This document shows positions 8,880-18,852 of a stretch of 64,000 nucleotides of DNA, piece after piece; positions within the stretch are counted from its first letter, which is position 1; the number at the start of each line of letters is the position of its first letter. Position numbers and translations under genes: made by a program. The notes under the pieces are model-generated. The model saw only the letters and a list, made by a program, of their open reading frames with translations, ran no database searches and was not told the origin of the DNA. Source of the DNA: an uncultured Parachlamydiaceae bacterium (lineage in GTDB: Bacteria; Chlamydiota; Chlamydiia; Chlamydiales; Parachlamydiaceae); assembly GCA_963752155.1 (NCBI GenBank), contig CAVVXH010000015.1, positions 119,040 to 183,039 on the forward strand, given 5' to 3'.

Positions 8880-10475
8880 ATGGCAAATTCTACAGCAAAG
8901 GAAATCATTTTTGAAGAAAAAGCACGCGAGCTTTTGCTTCTCGGAATAAAAAAACTCGCAGATTCACTTGCATTTACTTTAGGACCCAAAGGTCGAAATG
9001 TTGCTCTAGAAAAAGGCTGGGGAGCTCCGACAATCACAAATGATGGTAGAAGCATCGTCAAAGACATTTCTCTTCAAGACCAATACGAAAATATGGGCGT
9101 TTCGATGGGAAAGGAAGTTGTTGAAAAGATGAAAGAAAAGTGTGGCGATGGGACTACCACAGTGGTACTTCTGTTACGCGCGTTGGTTGAAAGTGGAGTT
9201 AAATTTATTACTGCCGGTGCAAGCCCTATTACCGTCAAGCGCGGCATCGACAAGGCTGTAGATGCTGTTGTTAAGGAAATTGAACGAACTGCCATTCCCA
9301 TTAAAAATCGTAATGAAACATGCAATATAGCGACTGTCTCAGCCTCAGGCAACACTGAAATTGGGAAATGGATTAGCGATGCCATGGAAAAAGTAGGCAA
9401 GGGTGGTGTGATTACTATTGAAGAGGCCAAAGGAACTGAAACAACGATTGAAATTGTAGAAGGAATGCAATTTGATCGCGGCTATATTAGCCCTTACTTC
9501 TGCACAAATACTGATAAAATGACCGCAGAGATGAGTCATCCTAAAATCCTTATTCTCGATAGCAAAGTCTCTACCATTCATGAAATCTTACCTATTCTTC
9601 AAAATATTGCAACAACTGGCAGTGAACTTCTCATCATCGCTGATGATATCGAAGGAGACACGCTTTCAACACTCGTCATCAACCGAATTCGTGGTTCCCT
9701 AAAAGTGGTCGCAGTTAAGTCTCCCGGATTTGGTGATCGCAAAAAAGCCATGTTACAAGATATCGCTATCCTTACAGGGGCAACTGTTATTTCAGAAGAA
9801 ACGGGGAATACTCTCAAAGATATTCAACCCGAAGCACTTGGCTCTGCGGACAAAGTCATCATCACAAAAGAAAACACTTTAATCATTAATGGACACGGCA
9901 ACCCAAAAAATATTGAAAATCGTAGCAAGCAAATCGAAAAAGAGATTGAACTTTCTGCTAATCAATATGACAAGGAAAAGCTTGAAGAACGTAAAGCGAA
10001 GCTTAGCGGAGGAGTCGCTGTCATTCGTGTCGGTGCGGCCACTGAACCTGAATTAAAACAAAAGAAGCAAGTTTTTGAAGATAGTCTTAGTTCGACCAAA
10101 GCTGCTTTAGAAGAGGGTATCGTTGCTGGCGGTGGCGTCGCTTTATTAAAAGCTAGCCAAGTGATTGATAAGCTTAATCTTCAAGAGGATGAAGCCATCG
10201 GGGGTAAGATTGTTAAACAAGCTTGTGAGGCTCCATTAAAGCAGATAGCAACAAATACAGGCTTTGACGGTCCTGTGACATTGAAAGAAGTCCAGCAGGC
10301 TCCTGCAGACTTCGGATTTAATGCTCTGAGTGAAAAAGTTGAAAATCTTGTTGAAGCTGGGGTCATCGACCCTGCAAAAGTCATTAAAAATGCACTCACT
10401 TATGCAGCTTCTGTTGCGGGAATTATTCTTATCACAGAAGCACTGATCGGGGATGCTCCAGAAAAAGAAGAGTAA
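8880..10475 (+). CDS. groEL: Chaperonin GroEL paralog (no adjacent groES, no GGM tail)
   Basis: TLGPKGRNV, GDGTTT, EGMQFDRGYISPYF, PGFGDR; RBS AAGGAG before ATG 8880. Confidence 0.95.
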   Translation: MANSTAKEIIFEEKARELLLLGIKKLADSLAFTLGPKGRNVALEKGWGAPTITNDGRSIVKDISLQDQYENMGVSMGKEVVEKMKEKCGDGTTTVVLLLRALVESGVKFITAGASPITVKRGIDKAVDAVVKEIERTAIPIKNRNETCNIATVSASGNTEIGKWISDAMEKVGKGGVITIEEAKGTETTIEIVEGMQFDRGYISPYFCTNTDKMTAEMSHPKILILDSKVSTIHEILPILQNIATTGSELLIIADDIEGDTLSTLVINRIRGSLKVVAVKSPGFGDRKKAMLQDIAILTGATVISEETGNTLKDIQPEALGSADKVIITKENTLIINGHGNPKNIENRSKQIEKEIELSANQYDKEKLEERKAKLSGGVAVIRVGAATEPELKQKKQVFEDSLSSTKAALEEGIVAGGGVALLKASQVIDKLNLQEDEAIGGKIVKQACEAPLKQIATNTGFDGPVTLKEVQQAPADFGFNALSEKVENLVEAGVIDPAKVIKNALTYAASVAGIILITEALIGDAPEKEE

Positions 10476-10622
10476 TCTTCAAGCATCTTCTGACATTTTG
10501 CCCTTCTCGTTTAGGGTCTGTAAAACTTGTGCGATTGAGCAAAGCGAAAGCCCAATCGCACAAGTTATTGTTCTACAGAAATAAATGTCAGAATAGGAGA
10601 GAAACAAATCCTAAACCTCTTT

Positions 10623-10802
10623 GTGAAATCGTAACAACTAAAATGATTGCAGATTGTAGCTCATCATTCGTATGTTGAGTGTAGCCACGTAGCCTCCAAG
10701 TAGTTTAAACCACTACGTGAAATCGTAACAACTAAAAAGATTGTACAAAACAGTGGTTTAAACTACTTGGAGGCTACGTGGCTACATTCAACATCGGGAT
10801 GA
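10623..10802. repeat. Family A element
   Basis: Same arms as 2467-2680. Confidence 0.85.
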
Positions 10803-10931
10803 ATCAATACGGTCGATGAAAGGGCTCTTAGGGACCGTGCAAGTTATTGTTGCACAGTCCCTCAGCTTAACCTCTGTCCAGATCGTAGATTAAATTCGAG
10901 ATTCAATGATGATGTTGAAGGTTAGCATCAC

Positions 10932-11525
10932 TCAAAATATATAACCTTCAGGATCGATGTCCATTGATCTATCGTCAAATGAAGTGTGGTTTCTGATTTC
11001 TGACTTAAATCCATTTAAAGGATAAGTAGAAATAAACTTTTGTAAGTCAGATCTTAAAATCCAATTTTCATCATCATAGTCAGATCTATTTAATTCATGG
11101 GATAAACAAAATGTAAATTCAAGTTTAAAATGTTCCTGAGTCATTCCAATGAGCTTGTTTAAGCTGACGTGAATAAATTTTTCACTTAATTCGACTGGGG
11201 TATAACTCCAATCATCACCTAAAGGAGCACAGCGGAAAACATATTGCCCAGTATGTTCTGCAGTTAATTTGTATCCAATCCCCAAAATTCCTATGCTCGT
11301 TTCCCTATCTGATTTTAGCACTAGAATATTATTAAATTTATTTTCATTCGTTTTATATCTTGGCATTTCATGAATTATAGCGTTCCATAATAAACAAACA
11401 CGACTCAAAGTCACAATCGAAGCAAAATCAGATTTTTCATTCTTTTCATATATATATTCAAAAAGGGGTTCTATCACTCCTGTTGGAATTGTATTAATAT
11501 TATTTAATGAATTCAAGTTATTCAT
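10932..11525 (-). CDS. F-box-like protein, paralog 1
   Basis: IPTGVIEPLFEYI...IVTLSRVCLLWNAII; nearly identical to 12366-13106 until the C-terminal tail. Confidence 0.8.
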   Translation of the reverse strand: MNNLNSLNNINTIPTGVIEPLFEYIYEKNEKSDFASIVTLSRVCLLWNAIIHEMPRYKTNENKFNNILVLKSDRETSIGILGIGYKLTAEHTGQYVFRCAPLGDDWSYTPVELSEKFIHVSLNKLIGMTQEHFKLEFTFCLSHELNRSDYDDENWILRSDLQKFISTYPLNGFKSEIRNHTSFDDRSMDIDPEGYIF

Positions 11526-11556
11526 AGACTCTCCTTTTCATAAAAAACATAAAGAC

Positions 11557-11585
11557 ATTATCCTAGATATTTCATTTTCGTGCAA
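11557..11585 (-). promoter_or_regulatory. sigma66-type promoter repeated before all three F-box paralogs
   Basis: TTGCAC-N17-GATAAT; also at 12296-12324 and 13138-13166. Confidence 0.55.
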
Positions 11586-11670
11586 TTAAAAAACAGGCAA
11601 ATTCCATAAGGGAGGCTCCAGACCTAACATTCTGACATTTACCCTTCGGATCCAATTATTCTTCGCCTAT

Positions 11671-12264
11671 TTATGTATCATCAAATCTAATTAATCTAAA
11701 TTCTGACTTAAATCTATTAAAAGGATAAGTAGAAATAAACTTTTGTAAGTCAGAGCTTAAAATCCAATTTTTATCATCATAGTCAGATCTATTTAATTCT
11801 CGGGATGAACACAATGGAAATTCTAAATAAAAATGTTCCTTAGTTATCCGAATGAGTTTGTTTTTGGAGTTTCCATCTGGGGTATAACTCCAATCATTAC
11901 CTAAGGGAGCACAGCGGAAAACATGTTGCCCAATATGTTCTGCGGTTAATTTGTATCCAATCCCCAAAATTCCTATGCTACATCCCTTATCCGATTTTAA
12001 CACTCGAATATTATTAAATTTTACATTCGTTTTATATCTCGGCATATTTTGAATTTTAATTTTCCATAATGAACATACTCGTTCCAAAATCATAATCGAA
12101 GTAAAATCAAATTTTTCATTCTTTTCATATATATATTCCAAAAGAGGTTCTATCACTCCTGTTGGAATTGTAATAACATTCTTTTCATATTTATATGGCA
12201 AAAAAAGTGTCACCACTCCTGTTGGAATTATAATAACATTATTTAATGAGTTCAGGTTATTCAT
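11671..12264 (-). CDS. F-box-like protein, paralog 2
   Basis: Same family; IPTGV..YEKN segment present twice at the N-terminus. Confidence 0.8.
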   Translation of the reverse strand: MNNLNSLNNVIIIPTGVVTLFLPYKYEKNVITIPTGVIEPLLEYIYEKNEKFDFTSIMILERVCSLWKIKIQNMPRYKTNVKFNNIRVLKSDKGCSIGILGIGYKLTAEHIGQHVFRCAPLGNDWSYTPDGNSKNKLIRITKEHFYLEFPLCSSRELNRSDYDDKNWILSSDLQKFISTYPFNRFKSEFRLIRFDDT

Positions 12265-12365
12265 AGACTCTTCTTTTCATAAAAAACATAATGTCATTAT
12301 CCTAGATGTTTCATTTTTGTGCAATTAAAAAACAAGCAAATTCCATTATGATCGGAATGATGAAC

Positions 12366-13106
12366 TCAGAGGACATGAACTCGAGGAATTTGATTGAAAC
12401 CAGAAATGAAAATTAATTGCAAATTCGAGAAAATTTCAAATTTTTGATATTCCCTCGGCAATCTAATTTTTCTTTTAGAAATTAATAAATGATCAGGCTT
12501 TCGTCTGTTCATGAAATTAATCAACCGATAGGGGGTTCCAGGGTAGATTGTTTCAGTCTGGGAAGTGTGGTTTCTGATTTCTGACTTAAATCCATTTAAA
12601 GGATAAGTAGAAATAAACTTTTGTAAGTCAGAGCTTGAAATCCAATTTTCGTCATCATAGTCAGATCTATTTAATTCATGGGATAAACAAAATGTAAATT
12701 CAAGTTTAAAATGTTCCTGAGTCATTCCAATGAGCTTGTTTAAGCTGACGTGAATAAATTTTTCACTTAATTCGACTGGGGTATAACTCCAATCATCACC
12801 TAAAGGAGCACAGCGGAAAACATATTGCCCAATATGTTCTGCAGTTAATTTGTATCCAATCCCCAAAATTCCTCTGCTCGTTTCACTATCTGATTTTAGC
12901 ACTAGAATATTATTAAATTTATTCTCATTCGTTTTATAGCTTGGTATTTCATGAATTATAGCGTTCCATAATAAACAGACACGACTCAAAGTCACAATCG
13001 AAGTAAAATCAGATTTTTCATTCTTTTCATATATATATTCAAAAAGGGGTTCTATCACTCCTGTTGGAATTGTATTAATATTATTTAATGAGTTCAAGTT
13101 ATTCAT
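12366..13106 (-). CDS. F-box-like protein, paralog 3
   Basis: Same family with a different, longer tail after EIRNHTS. Confidence 0.8.
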   Translation of the reverse strand: MNNLNSLNNINTIPTGVIEPLFEYIYEKNEKSDFTSIVTLSRVCLLWNAIIHEIPSYKTNENKFNNILVLKSDSETSRGILGIGYKLTAEHIGQYVFRCAPLGDDWSYTPVELSEKFIHVSLNKLIGMTQEHFKLEFTFCLSHELNRSDYDDENWISSSDLQKFISTYPLNGFKSEIRNHTSQTETIYPGTPYRLINFMNRRKPDHLLISKRKIRLPREYQKFEIFSNLQLIFISGFNQIPRVHVL

Positions 13107-13197
13107 AGACTCTCCTTTTCATAAAAAACATAAAGACATTATCCTAGATATTTCATTTTCGTGCAATTAAAAAACAGGCAAATTCCATAAGGGAGGC

Positions 13198-13292
13198 TCC
13201 AGACCTAACATTCTTACATTTGCACTTCTGAGAGGTCGTGTTATCGTTTAAGCAAATGTCAGAATATCAGGTCTGGCACGAATGGCAAGGCA
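13198..13292. repeat. Family D palindrome
   Basis: Arms ..GACCT.A.ATTCT.ACATTTG / CAAATGTCAGAATATCAGGTC.GGCAC.AATGGCAAGGC; copies at 18553-18665, 34164-34275, 37414-37528, 61377-61485; fragments at 10488-10594 and 11618-11648. Confidence 0.88.
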
Positions 13293-13320
13293 TAAAAAAA
13301 AGATTGAGTCAAAAGCATGA

Positions 13321-13411
13321 TCGGAATGCATACGCATCAGGATAAGGATAAGGAATAAGAAAATTGAAATTTTATTTCCTTATCCTGAATCTTGATACGT
13401 ATGCATTCCGA
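13321..13411. repeat. Family J palindrome
   Basis: TCGGAATGCATACG.ATCAGGATAAGGA ... TCCTTATCCTGA..GATACGTATGCATTCCGA; fragment at 13900-13920. Confidence 0.75.
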
Positions 13412-13415
13412 GTAT

Positions 13416-13855
13416 ACAGCTTGACACGTTCTGTTGCTACTTTGGATCAACGGTAAAAACGATAAGAACGATAGAAACGATAGAAACGATAGAAACGATA
13501 AGAACGATAAAAACGATAAGAACGATAAGAACGATAGAAACGATAAGAACAATAAAAAACTATAAAAACGATGGAAGAAGTCTGGTTGTAGGAAAAACGG
13601 TAATCGTGGAATTAAAATGTTGTAAAAGTTTGGTTCGCGAACATGAGACGCAATTATTCAACTATTTAAAAGTTTCTCAACTTTAAATCGGTTTGTTAGT
13701 AAATTTCCGGCATAGGAAATTACTGCAAAGCAATGAGGACTCGACTAATCTCTAGAAATCTGGGACGTACTGAGTATCCCACACATTTTTATCGTTCTTA
13801 TCGTTTTTATCGTTCTTATCGTTCTATCGTTTGCATCGTTGATTACGTCTACATA
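13416..13855. mobile_element. Family K element: inverted 9-nt arrays enclosing a nuclease remnant
   Basis: (AACGATAAG/AACGATAGA)n at 13458-13572 and (CTTATCGTT)n at 13787-13831; flanks shared with 1-176. Confidence 0.7.
13582..13725 (+). pseudogene. GxxExxY (PDDEXK_3-type) nuclease C-terminal remnant
   Basis: LVVGKTVIVELKCCKSLVREHETQLFNYLKVSQL*IGLLVNFRHRKLL matches the family pattern VIVELK..L...H.AQL.NYLK....GLL.NF; stop at 13684-13686; N-terminus missing. Confidence 0.85.
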
Positions 13856-14062
13856 AAAAACATATCCCGACAACATCGTGAATGCGTGTTAATGTTAATT
13901 TCCTTATCCTGATGCGTATGGATCGGAATGATGAGCCACAATCTGCGCAAAATTTTTAGTTATTACGATGTCCCAGCGACATTGCGCCTCTGAAGCGATT
14001 TTGGCTCAAAAGATTGCGTCAATTTATCGTCTTTAACTGCCGTTTCTAGGTTTAACCTATCT

Positions 14063-14569
14063 TCAATCAACGCTTGACCACATAGGCCCCTGCTTAGAAG
14101 TCGAGTGATCATCAGGATGATTCACCCCAACAACCGTTCCACTTTTAATCTGTTCATAAGGTTCATAACTCTGTCCAAACAACATCCCCATATGAAAGCC
14201 AATCGCTGAAGGCAAAATATAAGGTGCAGCAGAAAAAAGAGCACAACAAAAAATGCCACCTGAAATAATCTGAAATTCTAGACTATAATTATAAATAAGC
14301 TCTAGAAATTCATTTTCAACTTTAGTGACTTTCTTATTAAAAAAGGCTCCTGCTAGAGCTGAGCCCGCTGTTAAAATTGGCGAATAATACAATGAACTAA
14401 GAATAATTAAAGCAACGGAAATAGTTTTATAATGAGCTGTAAAAAAATCTTTTGGATTACGTTTTACCTCACAAAATACTTTCCTAACTTCTGAAGCTAT
14501 AGGGTTATTAAAAACTCGTTCTTTAAAAGGAATAGCCATTGGAAGGGCTGATGCACCTGAATAAGCCAT
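14063..14569 (-). CDS. Small membrane protein, Inc-like
   Basis: Two long hydrophobic segments; distant paralog of the next gene. Confidence 0.7.
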   Translation of the reverse strand: MAYSGASALPMAIPFKERVFNNPIASEVRKVFCEVKRNPKDFFTAHYKTISVALIILSSLYYSPILTAGSALAGAFFNKKVTKVENEFLELIYNYSLEFQIISGGIFCCALFSAAPYILPSAIGFHMGMLFGQSYEPYEQIKSGTVVGVNHPDDHSTSKQGPMWSSVD

Positions 14570-14598
14570 AAATTATCTCCATTTTTACGTTATATATA

Positions 14599-14630
14599 TT
14601 TTTTCACCAATTATTTATTTGGTGAAAAAA
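14599..14630 (-). terminator. Hairpin between the two membrane protein genes
   Basis: TTTTTTCACCAA-loop-TTGGTGAAAAAA. Confidence 0.5.
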
Positions 14631-14638
14631 TAACAAGA

Positions 14639-15043
14639 TTAAGCGCGCAAGTTAGCCACAAGAACACCTGTTAAACCACCTATAACAATGGCTGATATGC
14701 TCGCCACAGCTTTAAATGAAAGCTTCTTGGAAAGGATCAAAAATGCAACGGTACTTACCCCTAGAAATAGAACTCCAGGATGATCACTAAGTAGATCAAC
14801 AGCTTTGCCTGATAGCAAAGTGACTTTGTCCTTGAAAAAAAAGCCTAGTCCGCTTGAAATAGCAGTTTGCCAAGGACAGGTCACAAGAGATGTAAAAAAA
14901 GCCGCACCAACCAACAACGTTGTCTGTGTTTCAGTACCATTTTTATTAAAATCTTGAAACACATTTACAGCCTTAGATGTGACTGTGTCATAGAACGAAC
15001 TCAACTGAGCTCTTGCTGCAGATAAATCAAAAATAGACGACAT
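14639..15043 (-). CDS. Small membrane protein, Inc-like
   Basis: Two hydrophobic segments; shares SLxxxPxxTAxSxxxGxFFxxKVT with 14063-14569. Confidence 0.7.
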   Translation of the reverse strand: MSSIFDLSAARAQLSSFYDTVTSKAVNVFQDFNKNGTETQTTLLVGAAFFTSLVTCPWQTAISSGLGFFFKDKVTLLSGKAVDLLSDHPGVLFLGVSTVAFLILSKKLSFKAVASISAIVIGGLTGVLVANLRA

Positions 15044-15076
15044 AATACTTCTCCAATGTTAAAAAAATTATCACCC

Positions 15077-16543
15077 TTAGCTACCAATTTTTTGGTGCAA
15101 AAGAGCGTTGACTACTTGTGGGGCAGCCTTCCCGCGTGATAGCTTCATCACTTGGCCTACCAAGAAAGCAAACGCCTTCTCGCGACCCACACGATAATCA
15201 GCAATGGACTGAGGATTTTCAGCCAGAACCTTATCGACTAACAATTCAATTTCTGCCTGATCATGTACTGGATTATAATCAGGATTTTCAGCAATAATAG
15301 ATTCTGGTTCTCGAGATGGCTGCAAAACCATATCGTCAGCAACAGCTTTAGCAATTCTACCGGTAATCGTTCCTTTTTCAATCAGTTCAACAAGAATGCC
15401 TATATGCTTTGCAGGAATACCAGAATTTACAATATTTTTACCAGAATTTTTTAACCGACCTGAAAATTCGACAATTAACCAGTTACATAAGTTTCGAGCG
15501 TTACTACAATGTTTTAAAGCCAATTCAAAATAATCGGCTAACGCTTTTTCGCTTGTAATAACAAATGCACTGTGAGTCGAAAGACCAAGCTCAGCTATGT
15601 AACGTCGTTCTCGTTGCAATGGCAGCTCGGGCAGAGCTTGACAAATTTCTTTAATGTATTGTTCAGTCAAAATAATCGGCACAAGATCCGGCTCTGGAAA
15701 ATAACGATAATCTTCTGCATCTTCCTTGCTCCGCATAACGACAACTTCTTTTTTTTCAGGATCCCAACGGCAAGTCGTCTGTTTTATGACTTGACTGAAA
15801 GGAAGATCAGGATTTTGCGTATATTCTTTGATTTGCCTTTTGATTTCGGATTCTAAAGCCATTTCCATAAAACTGAATGAATTCATGTTCTTTATTTCGA
15901 TCCGATTGCGAAATCCCTTTTCCCCATGCTTCCGGACAGACACGTTAACATCCATTCGAAAAGACCCTTCTTCCATATTACAATCTGAAGCATCGATATA
16001 TTCTAAAATTGCTTTGACAGCCATAGCATAAGCAACAGCTTCTTTAGGTGAGTGGATGCAAGGCTCTGAAACAATTTCAATCAAGGGAACTCCAGCGCGA
16101 TTATAATCGACTCCAGCAAAATTAGAAAAATGCTTAAGCATTCCTGCATCGTCTTCTAAGTGGACGCGAGTCACCTCAAAACTGTGCTCATTGCCATCGA
16201 CTTCAGCAATCACTTTGCCACCGAGAATAATCGGCTCCTCATACTGTGTAATCTGAAAGTTACGCGGACTGTCAGGATAAAAATAGGATTTGCGATCAAA
16301 TTTACTAAATTTAGCTATATTTCCCTCAATTGCACAACCGAATTGCACAGCTTTTCGCACAGCTTCACGATTCAAGACCGGCAAAGAACCTGGCATTCCT
16401 GTGCAAACTTCAGTAATATTTACATTAGGTTCATCTCCAAAACGATTGGGAGCAACGCTAAATAATTTAGATCGTGTATTGAGTTCAGCATGGATCTCTA
16501 AGCCTATAATCGTTTGCCATGTTTGAGAAGATTGATTTGTCAT
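15077..16543 (-). CDS. gatB: Asp/Glu-tRNA amidotransferase subunit B
   Basis: IGLEIHAELNT, FDRKSYFYPD, DYNRAGVPLIEIVSEP, YRYFPEPDL. Confidence 0.98.
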   Translation of the reverse strand: MTNQSSQTWQTIIGLEIHAELNTRSKLFSVAPNRFGDEPNVNITEVCTGMPGSLPVLNREAVRKAVQFGCAIEGNIAKFSKFDRKSYFYPDSPRNFQITQYEEPIILGGKVIAEVDGNEHSFEVTRVHLEDDAGMLKHFSNFAGVDYNRAGVPLIEIVSEPCIHSPKEAVAYAMAVKAILEYIDASDCNMEEGSFRMDVNVSVRKHGEKGFRNRIEIKNMNSFSFMEMALESEIKRQIKEYTQNPDLPFSQVIKQTTCRWDPEKKEVVVMRSKEDAEDYRYFPEPDLVPIILTEQYIKEICQALPELPLQRERRYIAELGLSTHSAFVITSEKALADYFELALKHCSNARNLCNWLIVEFSGRLKNSGKNIVNSGIPAKHIGILVELIEKGTITGRIAKAVADDMVLQPSREPESIIAENPDYNPVHDQAEIELLVDKVLAENPQSIADYRVGREKAFAFLVGQVMKLSRGKAAPQVVNALLHQKIGS

Positions 16544-18024
16544 AGAGGTTCTCCTAGAGATTTTTTTACAAGATCGGGGATTCTTAATTCATCTTTCGTG
16601 GCTTGTTCTAAAGCATGGGCTGCATGAAATACTGCGACGTCATGTTTTTGAGGACCAATCAACTGAAATCCAATCGGTTTGCCTTGCGTCGAATACCCTT
16701 GGGGAATGCTAATAGCAGGCAAGCCTGCCAAATTGATCCCGATTGTATAGACATCTGCTAGATACATTTGCAAAGGATCTTTGATCTCTCCAATTTCAAA
16801 CGCTGGGATCGGTGACACAGGTGTAGCAATTAAATTGCATTGCGTAAAAGCCTTTTTGTACTGGTTAATAACCAATCTACGCATCTTTTGCGCCTTCCGA
16901 TAATAAGCGTCTTGATATCCCGACGAAAGTACAAAAGTGCCGAGAAGAATGCGACGCTTTACCTCTGGCCCAAAACCTTCTTCCTTAGTAAAATCATAAA
17001 TTTCATCTAATGTTTTAGCGGCCTTAGACCGATATCCATATCGAATTCCATCAAAGCGAGCCAAATTAGTGGACGCCTCAGCTGTAGCTAAAATATAATA
17101 AATGGCAATCGAATATTTCAAGAGACTTAAATCAACATCGACAATCTCAGCACCTAAGGCCTTGAAATCGGAAAGAGATTTGTCAAAATGTTTACGAGCT
17201 TCAGGGTTGAGATCCTCAAGGAATTGATAAGGTACTCCAATTTTTAACCCATTTACTTTTCCATCTAACGTATTCAAGTAATTCTCTTGAGCTATGGGAA
17301 GGCTCGTTGAATCTAAGTCACATCTTTTCCCTATGACCTCCATCAACAACGCCGCATCTTCTGTACATGTTGCGAGAGGGCCAATCTGATCTAATGAAGA
17401 AGCATACGCAACTAATCCATAACGTGAAACACGTCCATAGGTAGGTTTAAAACCTGTAATCCCACAAAAAGAAGCAGGTTGTCGAATGGATCCTCCTGTA
17501 TCACTTCCAAGGGCCAAAGGAACTAATCGTGCCGCCACTGCCGCCGCAGAGCCTCCTGAAGAGCCTCCTGGAGTGCACTTTAGATTCCAGGGGTTTCGAG
17601 TCAATTGAATAGCTGAATTTTCAGTCGAGGACCCCATAGCAAATTCATCCATGTTTGTTTTGCCAATCAGAAGAGCATCTTCTTCTTCTAATAGACGCAC
17701 AACAGTGGAATCAAATGGAGCCCGAAACCCTGTAAGGATTTTTGAAGAACATTGAGTGAATTCACCTTTAACATGGATATTATCTTTAATGGCTATTGGA
17801 ATAGCAGCCAATCTCCCTAACTTTTGTCCTGAAGCCCGCTTTTTATCTAGCTGATCCGCTTGAGCATAGACGCGATCATTCCAAACTGCCACAAAGGCCT
17901 CTATTTGAGAATCATATTTTTGAATTCGATCCAAGAAGTAAGAAGCGATCTCTCGGGCAGAGAGTTCTCCATTGATAAACTTTTCGCGAATTTGAATGGC
18001 AGTAAGAGTGTGAAGAGAATGCAT
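16540..18024 (-). CDS. gatA: Asp/Glu-tRNA amidotransferase subunit A
   Basis: KTNMDEFAMGSS, PGGSSGGSAAAV, GSDTGGSIRQPA. Confidence 0.98.
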   Translation of the reverse strand: MHSLHTLTAIQIREKFINGELSAREIASYFLDRIQKYDSQIEAFVAVWNDRVYAQADQLDKKRASGQKLGRLAAIPIAIKDNIHVKGEFTQCSSKILTGFRAPFDSTVVRLLEEEDALLIGKTNMDEFAMGSSTENSAIQLTRNPWNLKCTPGGSSGGSAAAVAARLVPLALGSDTGGSIRQPASFCGITGFKPTYGRVSRYGLVAYASSLDQIGPLATCTEDAALLMEVIGKRCDLDSTSLPIAQENYLNTLDGKVNGLKIGVPYQFLEDLNPEARKHFDKSLSDFKALGAEIVDVDLSLLKYSIAIYYILATAEASTNLARFDGIRYGYRSKAAKTLDEIYDFTKEEGFGPEVKRRILLGTFVLSSGYQDAYYRKAQKMRRLVINQYKKAFTQCNLIATPVSPIPAFEIGEIKDPLQMYLADVYTIGINLAGLPAISIPQGYSTQGKPIGFQLIGPQKHDVAVFHAAHALEQATKDELRIPDLVKKSLGEPL

Positions 18025-18033
18025 AAACTGACC

Positions 18034-18339
18034 CTAGTTAGCAGATTTTATTACCGAAGGCACACGAATCATTCCACCGATCTTATCCGGAGCATTTGCC
18101 AAGAAGATCTCTCTTGGAAGCACCTCTCCGACAACATCCTCTCGCTCAACATTGCACATCTCTTCGAGAACATGATTGCAAGGCTTCACATTTTCTGTGT
18201 CCACGGCGTTCATCAATTCAACATAGCTTAAAATGCTCTGTAAATCGGCCAATAATTTAATTTCTTCTTCTTCAGTACACTGAATTCTACTGAGCTTTGT
18301 TAATTTTTTTACTGTTTCTCGATCTACTAAAGTTGACAT
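18034..18339 (-). CDS. gatC: Asp/Glu-tRNA amidotransferase subunit C
   Basis: VKKLTKLSRI..REDVV..LANAP..IRVPSVI; start at ATG 18339 with GAGGAG upstream; the longer ORF runs through repeat DNA. Confidence 0.93.
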   Translation of the reverse strand: MSTLVDRETVKKLTKLSRIQCTEEEEIKLLADLQSILSYVELMNAVDTENVKPCNHVLEEMCNVEREDVVGEVLPREIFLANAPDKIGGMIRVPSVIKSAN

Positions 18340-18449
18340 AAATGGTGAGTTCTCCTCAATGCGTTGTAGGACTTTTTGGTCGATTTTATATGAAATGGAA
18401 ATCAATTGCAATTGAAAAATTCTTGCGAAGCTTAGAAGCTTAGTGAGAA

Positions 18450-18762
18450 AGAAAGATGCTACGATATTAGGTACAAAGTATAGGAAAAAATTAAACGCAA
18501 AGCGAGACAGTTGCCTGCGGCGCCCCCTATTGGGAAATAACAAATTTTTAAAGCGCCTTGCCATTGGTGCCTGACCTGATATTCTGACATTTGACTACAA
18601 TGATGACATAACCTCCCAGGAGGGCAAATGTCAGAATGTCAGGTCTGGAACCAATGGCAAGGCGCGAACTTGTTATTTAGGAGGCACGAAGGCACAAAGA
18701 TCATAAAGAGATCTTACATGTAAAGTGTAATATTTTTCTTTAAATTGAAGATTCTTCGTGAA
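18450..18762. repeat. Composite family B arm with nested family D
   Basis: B left end, linker GCGAGACAGTTGCCTGCGGCGCCCCCTAT, D palindrome, then B resumes; same composite at 37321-37632 and inverted at 34068-34345. Confidence 0.88.
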
Positions 18763-18852
18763 GGAGAATTCATCCAATCTAAATTAAATGAACAATATAA
18801 GTCGATTTAAGCAATAATTCCCGCTAATTTTCGTGCAGCCCAAACGTGCAAG

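Noticed and set aside
13337..13552. ORF of FLS repeats
   Set aside because: Translation of the 9-nt K array
18340..18564. N-terminal extension of gatC, and the similar ORF at 37198-37425
   Set aside because: Both begin in the composite B/D repeat with the same MARRFKNLLFPNRG text
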